A DNA stretch of 64,000 nucleotides, taken from the NCBI GenBank assembly GCA_965215335.1, contig CBDCDA010000001.1:576001-640000 (forward strand), read 5' to 3'. Made by a program: the position numbers and the translations under genes. Origin of the DNA: an uncultured Candidatus Entotheonella sp. GTDB lineage: Bacteria; Tectomicrobia; Entotheonellia; Entotheonellales; Entotheonellaceae. A model generated the notes under the pieces. That model saw only the letters and a program-made list of their open reading frames with translations. It made no database searches and was not told the origin of the DNA. Shown one piece after another: positions 57,890 to 64,000 of this stretch; the first letter of the stretch is position 1, and each line of letters begins with the position of its first letter.

Positions 57890-58285
57890 CTAGCGTTTGG
57901 AGTATTGGAAGCGCTTTCGCGCTTTCTTCTGCCCGTACTTTTTCCGTTCCTTGATGCGCGAATCACGTGTCAGGAAGCCCGCCTGTTTCAGCACCGGTCG
58001 AAACGTCGCATCCAGGTGCAACAAACTCTTGGCAATGCCGTGCCTGACCGCACTGGCCTGTCCGGACACACCACCACCACGCACGGTGACATAGGCGTCG
58101 TACTGACCAAGGGTGTTGGTGAGTCTGAGAGGAGATTCGACAATCGTCTTGTGGGTTGCGAGCGGGAAGTAATCCTCGAAGGGCCGGCGATTGACGGAAA
58201 TCTTGCCGTCGCCGGCCGTAAGCCATACACGAGCAATCGCGGATTTGCGTTTGCCCGTATCGTAATAACGGAACTTTTCTGCCAT
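57890..58285 (-). CDS. rpsI: 30S ribosomal protein S9
   Basis: [36 protein letters not shown]. Confidence 0.97.
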   Translation of the reverse strand: MAEKFRYYDTGKRKSAIARVWLTAGDGKISVNRRPFEDYFPLATHKTIVESPLRLTNTLGQYDAYVTVRGGGVSGQASAVRHGIAKSLLHLDATFRPVLKQAGFLTRDSRIKERKKYGQKKARKRFQYSKR

Positions 58286-58351
58286 ACCCTCTCCAGAACC
58301 GTGTGGCATCCAATGATCTGCCAAGCGTTATCCGCCCGGTAGCCAACTCAA

Positions 58352-58780
58352 CTAAATGTCCAGGGTCTGCGGCTGCTGACCCGCGTGGGGATGCGTGGGT
58401 GTGGCATACACCTTCAGCTTGCGATACATGGCCCGCCCCAATTTGGTTTTTGGGAGCATGCCCCGCACCGCCAGTTCGACGAGCCGCATGGGCTTGCGCT
58501 GGTGCATCTTCTCGGCGGTCACTTCCCGAAACCCTCCAGGGTACCCGGTATGCCAGCGATACAGCTTCTGCCCCCACTTCTTGCCCGTCAAAACGACCTT
58601 GTCCGCGTTGACGACGATGACGTAATCGCCCGTATCAACGTGGGGGGTATAGGCCGGCTTGTGCTTGCCACGAAGAATTTTCGCCACCTCGCAGGCGAGC
58701 CGGCCCAAGACTTTGTTCTCTGCGTCAACGACGTACCAGTTATGAGTGACGTCTTCCTTGCGAATGGAGACCGTCCGCAT
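58352..58780 (-). CDS. rplM: 50S ribosomal protein L13
   Basis: [30 protein letters not shown]. Confidence 0.97.
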   Translation of the reverse strand: MRTVSIRKEDVTHNWYVVDAENKVLGRLACEVAKILRGKHKPAYTPHVDTGDYVIVVNADKVVLTGKKWGQKLYRWHTGYPGGFREVTAEKMHQRKPMRLVELAVRGMLPKTKLGRAMYRKLKVYATPTHPHAGQQPQTLDI

Positions 58781-58834
58781 GATTGCAACTCCGTACCGTA
58801 AAATATGGCTGCACCTTGCCAAACGCGTGGCATC

Positions 58835-58863
58835 AAGATAGATAGCCGGGCACCCTTTGTCAA
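58835..58863 (-). promoter_or_regulatory. Sigma70-type promoter for rplM-rpsI
   Basis: Minus strand TTGACA-17 nt-TATCTT. Confidence 0.65.
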
Positions 58864-59098
58864 GACAAGGCACGTAACCGACCAGGCAGGTTGGTTTGGT
58901 GAGAAGACTCCTGACGCATGTCTCGATGTGTGGGGCTGTCGAGGTAGGAAGACTCCTAAAAACAAGGACGCAGTGTCCTTGCCAATGGAGCCTTGATCCA
59001 GCTTGCGATATTCGCAGCATGGCCGTCAAGGGCGGCGGCGTGGAAAATGCCGGCGCTATCACCCGTCCGGGTCCCGGTTCGGAAAAGGCGATCCCCGA

Positions 59099-59482
59099 TC
59101 AATAGAGAAACTGCGGGGAGGCATCGAACGCCGCCGGCAGATGCACCACCTCCGGCGTCGTGCCCGGCATGCCGGTGACGGCCACCACGTCAAACCGCAA
59201 CTCGGTATCCCGTACCTGGTGTTCCTGGACATAGACCATCGCAACGTGCACGATCTTCGCCTGCTTCTGTTTGGTGACCATCGCCTGAGGCGCACCGAAA
59301 TCCGTCCGGCTCCTGGTCTTCACCTCGACGAAAACCAGCGCCGCGCCGTCCCAGGCGATAATGTCGATCTCGCCCTGCCTGCAACGGTAATTCCGCTGCT
59401 GGATGCGATAGCCGAGACGTTTCAGGTAATCGACGGCTGTCTGCTCGCCCTGCGCACCCCGTCTCAGGCGCCACCTGGTCAT
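59099..59482 (-). CDS. yraN: YraN (UPF0102) family nuclease
   Basis: GEIDII, FVEVKTR, RFDVV. Confidence 0.92.
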   Translation of the reverse strand: MTRWRLRRGAQGEQTAVDYLKRLGYRIQQRNYRCRQGEIDIIAWDGAALVFVEVKTRSRTDFGAPQAMVTKQKQAKIVHVAMVYVQEHQVRDTELRFDVVAVTGMPGTTPEVVHLPAAFDASPQFLY

Positions 59483-60126
59483 GAACCGGCCCTGTCCGGA
59501 ACTGTTGACGGGTCGAGCACGCCACGAAAACTGAGCCGATGAATGGCGCAGGGACCGTGGACACGCAGACGCGCGTAATGATCGCGGGTGGGATAGCCCT
59601 TATGTCGAGCGAAGCCGTAAGCCGGATAGCGCCTGCCATAAGCGACCATCATCCGGTCACGCGTCACCTTGGCAATCACGGATGCGGCAGCGATGGAGGG
59701 ACAAGAGGCGTCACCGCGCACAATCGGACGTTGAGCGATGGCGGTCGGCAGCGCTATCGGGCCGTCGATCAGCAACAGGTCGGGAACGCTCGCGAGTTGT
59801 CTCAGCGCCCGCAGCATGGCTTCTCTTGTCGCCCACAGGATATGATGCCGGTCGATCAGCCGGTGCGATACGACGCCGATACCATACGCCAGGGCTACGC
59901 GCAAGATGAGAGGGCAAACCGACTCGCGCTGGCGTGCCGTCAAACGCTTCGAGTCCTGCAGCCCCGGAATGTGATGTCTGGGAGGCAGGCATACGGCAGC
60001 CGCCACCACCGGACCCGCCAGCGGTCCACGCCCCGCTTCATCAATGCCGGCGATGGTGCGATACCCCGCCCGTGCCTCGTGTTCGAACGGCACGTGAGAT
60101 ACGCATGAGACGGCACGCTGCGCCAT
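59479..60126 (-). CDS. rnhB: Ribonuclease HII
   Basis: GIDEAGRGPLAGPV, DSKRL, IAAASVIAKVTRD. Confidence 0.96.
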   Translation of the reverse strand: MAQRAVSCVSHVPFEHEARAGYRTIAGIDEAGRGPLAGPVVAAAVCLPPRHHIPGLQDSKRLTARQRESVCPLILRVALAYGIGVVSHRLIDRHHILWATREAMLRALRQLASVPDLLLIDGPIALPTAIAQRPIVRGDASCPSIAAASVIAKVTRDRMMVAYGRRYPAYGFARHKGYPTRDHYARLRVHGPCAIHRLSFRGVLDPSTVPDRAGS

Positions 60127-60137
60127 GCACCCGTTCC

Positions 60138-60488
60138 TCAGACGCGCGTGCGCCGCTCTTTGATGCGCGCCGCCTTGCCCCTCAGTTTACGCAGGTAAAA
60201 CAGTTTGGCGCGGCGGACACGTCCGCGCCGCACGACTTCAATGGCGTCGACCCTGGGCGAATGCAGGGGGAAAATGCGTTCCACCCCAATGCCCGAGGAA
60301 ACCTTGCGCACGGTGAAGGTGCGCCGCACACCGCTGCCGCTGATGGCGAGCACCACGCCCTGGAACGCCTGCACGCGTTCACGGCTGCCCTCAATAATGC
60401 GCACCTGCACGCGTACCGTGTCACCGGCACGAAACTCGGGCAGGTCCTGCTTCATCTGGGTTTGTTCGATATCAACTAACGCATGCAT
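60138..60488 (-). CDS. rplS: 50S ribosomal protein L19
   Basis: [29 protein letters not shown]. Confidence 0.97.
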   Translation of the reverse strand: MHALVDIEQTQMKQDLPEFRAGDTVRVQVRIIEGSRERVQAFQGVVLAISGSGVRRTFTVRKVSSGIGVERIFPLHSPRVDAIEVVRRGRVRRAKLFYLRKLRGKAARIKERRTRV

Positions 60489-60499
60489 AACACCACTTC

Positions 60500-60893
60500 C
60501 TCAACAAGGTGACAGGATGACACCGGCTTTCCCCGTCGCGTTGACTCGACCTGGCAGCCGGTCGAGCATGATGCCCGCCGCGATCCGCAAATGTCCTGCC
60601 CGACTTCCGCAAGGCTATCGACAATGCAAAGACGCCACAATGCCTCGGCGCGCGTCGAATTATAGGCGGCACCGTATCCTGCGGTCCAGTGAGCGATCAT
60701 CCGGCAAGCCAGCGCACGCTGGTACCGAAACGGCGTCACCGCGTAACAGCCCGGGGCGCCATACATCGTGACCAACCGGGCGAGGTCGTGCAGGTTGATC
60801 GTCGTGTCAGCGAGGTGGCGACCACCTCGCGGCTCTTGTTGTCACGGGATAACGCAGCAGCGCGATGAACAACTGGGGGCGCTCATGACTCAT
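60500..60893 (-). pseudogene. Decayed Tm1570-like (Methyltrn_RNA_4/DUF2168) SPOUT RNA methyltransferase
   Basis: Across frames: MSHERPQLFIALLRYPV / NKSREVVATSLT / INLHDLARLVTMYG...VTP..QRAL..RMIAHWTAGYGAAYN..RAEAL. C-terminal part missing. Confidence 0.75.
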
Positions 60894-61632
60894 GCGAATG
60901 CGTTTCTTCGTGACCCATTTCCCGCAGGACCGCGCGGTCCTGCGGCGTCAGCGGGAGGCGCGCCAGCAAATCCGGACGCCTTTGCAACGTTGTCCGCAGG
61001 GCCTGCCGGCGTCGCCATGCGGCAATCGCGGCGTGGTCGCCGGACAGCAGGACAGACGGCACGCGGGCACCGGCGAACGTTTCCGGCCGCGTGTATTGCG
61101 GCCCCTGCAACAGACCGTTGAAAAACGAATCCTCCTCCACCGATTGACGATCCCCCACAACGCCTGGAATCATTCGACCTACCACGTCCAACACCACCAT
61201 GGCCGGCAACTCGCCGCCCGTCAACACGTAATCGCCGACCGACAGCTCGTCGTCAATGTACGGCATGACACGGGCGTCGACCCCGCTGTAGCGGCCGCAG
61301 ACGAGCACGACACAGGCATGATCCAGCAGCGTCTTGGCAAATTCCTGATCGAGCATCCTGCCCTGCGGACTCATCAACATGACGTAGGCCGGCCCAAAGC
61401 ATTCCTGCAACGCTTGGATGCCCGCGACAATCGGCTCCGGCTTCATCACCATGCCGGCGCCGCCGCCATACGGGCTGTCGTCGGTTACCCGATGCCGCCC
61501 GGAAGCGAAATCGCGCAGGTCGTGCACGGTCACGCGAAGTTGCTGACGCGCCTGCGCCCGCTGCAGGATGCTCGCCTGCAGGGGTGAGGCGAACATGCGC
61601 GGGAAAATGGTGAGGATATGAACGTCCATCAT
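60883..61632 (-). CDS. trmD: tRNA (guanine37-N1)-methyltransferase
   Basis: DDSPYGGGAGMVMK, CGRY.GVD.R, SVGDYVLTGGE, PQYTRP. Confidence 0.97.
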   Translation of the reverse strand: MMDVHILTIFPRMFASPLQASILQRAQARQQLRVTVHDLRDFASGRHRVTDDSPYGGGAGMVMKPEPIVAGIQALQECFGPAYVMLMSPQGRMLDQEFAKTLLDHACVVLVCGRYSGVDARVMPYIDDELSVGDYVLTGGELPAMVVLDVVGRMIPGVVGDRQSVEEDSFFNGLLQGPQYTRPETFAGARVPSVLLSGDHAAIAAWRRRQALRTTLQRRPDLLARLPLTPQDRAVLREMGHEETHSHES

Positions 61633-61644
61633 GCACGGGTCAAT

Positions 61645-62157
61645 TCAGCCAGGCAGGTCGTGAAGGTACATCGTGCCGTCTTCCAGGTCGATGGTGCGGA
61701 CAATGTCCTTCAGGGCCGGCACCAGGGTCTCCCGACCCTCATGGCTGACAACGTAGACATCGTTGCTGCCGGTGTGAATGATATCCGTCACGACGCCCAA
61801 TGTCCGTCCGGCGCCGGCGTACACGGTCAGACCTTCGATCTCGAACCAATAGTATTCACCGGCGGGCAAGGGAGAAAACCACTGGCACGGGATGAAAACT
61901 TCGCAATCGCGCAACGATTCCGCCTCAGACGGATTCCGGCAGCTTTCGATTTGCATCAACACCCGGTTATGGGCCATGCGCCACTTCAGAATCGTGCACG
62001 TCTGCGCCGGAGCTGTCTTGTGCCGTATCTGCACCTGTCGGTCGCTGAGGTCGGGCAACAGCGCCATGTCGGACACATACGGCAGGAAAACCAACTCGCC
62101 TCGAACGCCATGCGGCCGCGTAAAACGACCAAGGGCAACGAGCTTTTCGCGCTCCAT
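61645..62157 (-). CDS. rimM: 16S rRNA processing protein RimM
   Basis: HGVRGE, EYYWFEIEG, TGSNDVY, LVPA. Confidence 0.95.
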   Translation of the reverse strand: MEREKLVALGRFTRPHGVRGELVFLPYVSDMALLPDLSDRQVQIRHKTAPAQTCTILKWRMAHNRVLMQIESCRNPSEAESLRDCEVFIPCQWFSPLPAGEYYWFEIEGLTVYAGAGRTLGVVTDIIHTGSNDVYVVSHEGRETLVPALKDIVRTIDLEDGTMYLHDLPG

Positions 62158-62187
62158 CCTGCCGCATCCCCTGCCCCGAGTCGGCGA

Positions 62188-62469
62188 TCAGCCTTCTTCT
62201 TCAGCCACCGCGACGGCCCCTTCCGAACCCAACAGCCCCTGGCGCTTCAGGATGTCGCGCACGGGGTCGGAAGGTTGCGCCCCCCGCGTCAGCCAAAGGT
62301 GAACCCGGTCTGCGTGCAACTTCACCTCGGACGGCTCGGACAGCGGGTTGTAGGTTCCCAACGTCTCGATGAACCGCCCGTCACGCGGCGCCCGCGCGTC
62401 GGCCACGATAATGCGATAGAACGGACGCTTCTTGGCGCCCATGCGTTTCAGGCGAATACGAACAGCCAC
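62188..62469 (-). CDS. rpsP: 30S ribosomal protein S16
   Basis: [28 protein letters not shown]. Confidence 0.97.
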   Translation of the reverse strand: MAVRIRLKRMGAKKRPFYRIIVADARAPRDGRFIETLGTYNPLSEPSEVKLHADRVHLWLTRGAQPSDPVRDILKRQGLLGSEGAVAVAEEEG

Positions 62470-62509
62470 TCGAACACCTCATGTCGAAATTGTAAAGGAA
62501 ATCACCACA

Positions 62510-63847
62510 TCAAAAGGGTCGTACCATGGGCATTCCCGCCCACCTGCGACGGCTCTTGCCCTTGCCATTCATCATGGACTTCATGAGCTTGCGCATCTGA
62601 CCGAACTGCTTCAGCAAGCGATTGACGTCCTCCACCCGGGTGCCGCTGCCGAGGGCGATGCGCTTCCGCCGGTTGCCGTTGATCAGGGCCGGGGTGCGCC
62701 GTTCGACCAAGGTCATGGAACCGATGATGGCCTCGATCTTCTTCAAATCCTTCTCGCTGGCTACCGGGAGCCTGGCGCCCTTGAAGCCCGGAATCAGCTC
62801 CATCAGATTCTCCAGCGGCCCCATCTGCTTGACTTGACGCAACTGGTCTTGAAAGTCCTCGAGCGTAAAGCCGGACTGGCGCATCTTCGACTCGAGGTCG
62901 GCAACCGCTTCGGGGTCGATGGCCTGCTCCGCCTTTTCGATGAGCGTCAACACGTCGCCCATGCCGAGGAGCCTCGACGCCATGCGCTCCGGATGGAAGG
63001 CTTCCAGGGCGTCCAGCTTTTCGCCGACCCCGACGAACTGGATGGGCTTGCCGACCACCGCCTGGATCGACAGCGCCGCTCCGCCCCGGGCATCGCCGTC
63101 CAGCTTGGTGAGAATCACGCCCTCGATGCTCACCGCCTCGTTGAAGGCCGTCGCCACGTTGACCGCCTCTTGCCCGGTCATCGCATCGACCACGAGAAAC
63201 GTGTAGCGGGGATGGGTGGCCGTCTTGATCTCCGCCAGCTCCTGCATCAGCGTCTCGTCAATCTGCAACCGTCCCGCCGTGTCGATGACGATGGCGTCGG
63301 CTTGATACCGGGGCGCCGCCTCGAAAGCCTGTCGGCAGATATCCACCGCGTCGCGGGAACCTTGCCGCACCACCACGGGAACCTGAATTTGCTCACCCAG
63401 CAGGCGCAATTGCTCCATCGCCGCGGGGCGCTGCACGTCGGCCGCCACCAGCAAGGGGCGGCGGCCCATCTCCTGCAGTTTCCTGGCCAGCTTGGCGGCG
63501 GAGGTCGTCTTCCCGGAACCCTGCAGGCCGACCAGAAGGAAGGCGGTCGGCGGCTGCGGCGCCATGCTGAGCGGCGCGTGCTGCGAGCCCATCAGAGCCG
63601 TCAACTCGTCACGGACGATCTTCACCACCTGTTGGCCCGGCGTCAGGCTGCGCATGACTTCCTGCCCGAGGGCCTGCTCACGCACCCGCTGCACGAAGTC
63701 CTTGACGACATGAAAGTTGACGTCCGCTTCCAGAAGCGCCAGCCGGATTTCACGCGCGGCCTCTTTGATGTTGGCTTCCGTCAGCTTGCCGCGGCCGCGC
63801 AGGTGGGAGAAAATACCGTCGAGTCTTGCCGAAAGGGATTCAAACAT
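62510..63847 (-). CDS. ffh: Signal recognition particle protein Ffh
   Basis: GLQGSGKTT, DTAGR, TKLDGDARGG, SMT..ER, RIA.GSG. Confidence 0.98.
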   Translation of the reverse strand: MFESLSARLDGIFSHLRGRGKLTEANIKEAAREIRLALLEADVNFHVVKDFVQRVREQALGQEVMRSLTPGQQVVKIVRDELTALMGSQHAPLSMAPQPPTAFLLVGLQGSGKTTSAAKLARKLQEMGRRPLLVAADVQRPAAMEQLRLLGEQIQVPVVVRQGSRDAVDICRQAFEAAPRYQADAIVIDTAGRLQIDETLMQELAEIKTATHPRYTFLVVDAMTGQEAVNVATAFNEAVSIEGVILTKLDGDARGGAALSIQAVVGKPIQFVGVGEKLDALEAFHPERMASRLLGMGDVLTLIEKAEQAIDPEAVADLESKMRQSGFTLEDFQDQLRQVKQMGPLENLMELIPGFKGARLPVASEKDLKKIEAIIGSMTLVERRTPALINGNRRKRIALGSGTRVEDVNRLLKQFGQMRKLMKSMMNGKGKSRRRWAGMPMVRPF

Positions 63848-64000
63848 GCCGCGTTCTCAGGGCTCCGAAAGGTCGGTAGTGCCTCGGTTTCAAATTGCCG
63901 GCTCATACCTCCTACCCGGTCCTCCTCAAGGTAGGGAGCGGGTTGGGGCGAGGGGGAATCCAACGTGAAACACGATCAAAGGGCCGTATGACGTGTCAGA

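Overview
GC-rich bacterial chromosomal window from a diderm organism (LptF/G, TolC, Lgt, MltG present). Conserved housekeeping blocks are dapB/ftsK, thiE-lgt-miaA-ihfB-rpsA-cmk-ribF, ruvX-mltG-birA, cysS-purN-pyrG-purL, and ffh-rpsP-rimM-trmD-rplS-rnhB-yraN-rplM-rpsI-rpsB-tsf-pyrH-frr-cdsA-dxr. Two accessory tracts sit between them. Tract 1 (~20.5-37.1 kb) starts right after tRNA-Ala(CGC) and tRNA-Val(CAC). It holds a catabolic cluster (atypical ThDP enzyme, VOC protein, AtzG-like peptide plus amidase, beta-propeller) and a defence island: HEPN gene, small acidic protein and single-chain R-M-S enzyme joined by ATGA overlaps, facing a YefM-like remnant, ABC ATPase and DUF4276/TOPRIM-like pair. 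It also holds an IS5 element nested in a decayed IS701-like element, gene relics and an orphan Dam-like methylase. Tract 2 (~44.9-50.6 kb) holds an LLM oxidoreductase, MBL hydrolase, Hyi and an RHH-restriction nuclease-PvuII-like methylase cassette whose nuclease is doubly frameshifted. The best candidates for undescribed systems are the HEPN/X/RM plus ATPase-DUF4276 island, the RHH-controlled R-M cassette with a palindromic operator, an apparently exported DUF151-PDZ fusion, and the DUF3109/ATP-grasp/methyltransferase operon. A 1-nt deletion in the essential frr gene suggests assembly indel errors, so single frameshifts should be read cautiously. All family calls come from motif recognition by eye; no searches were run.
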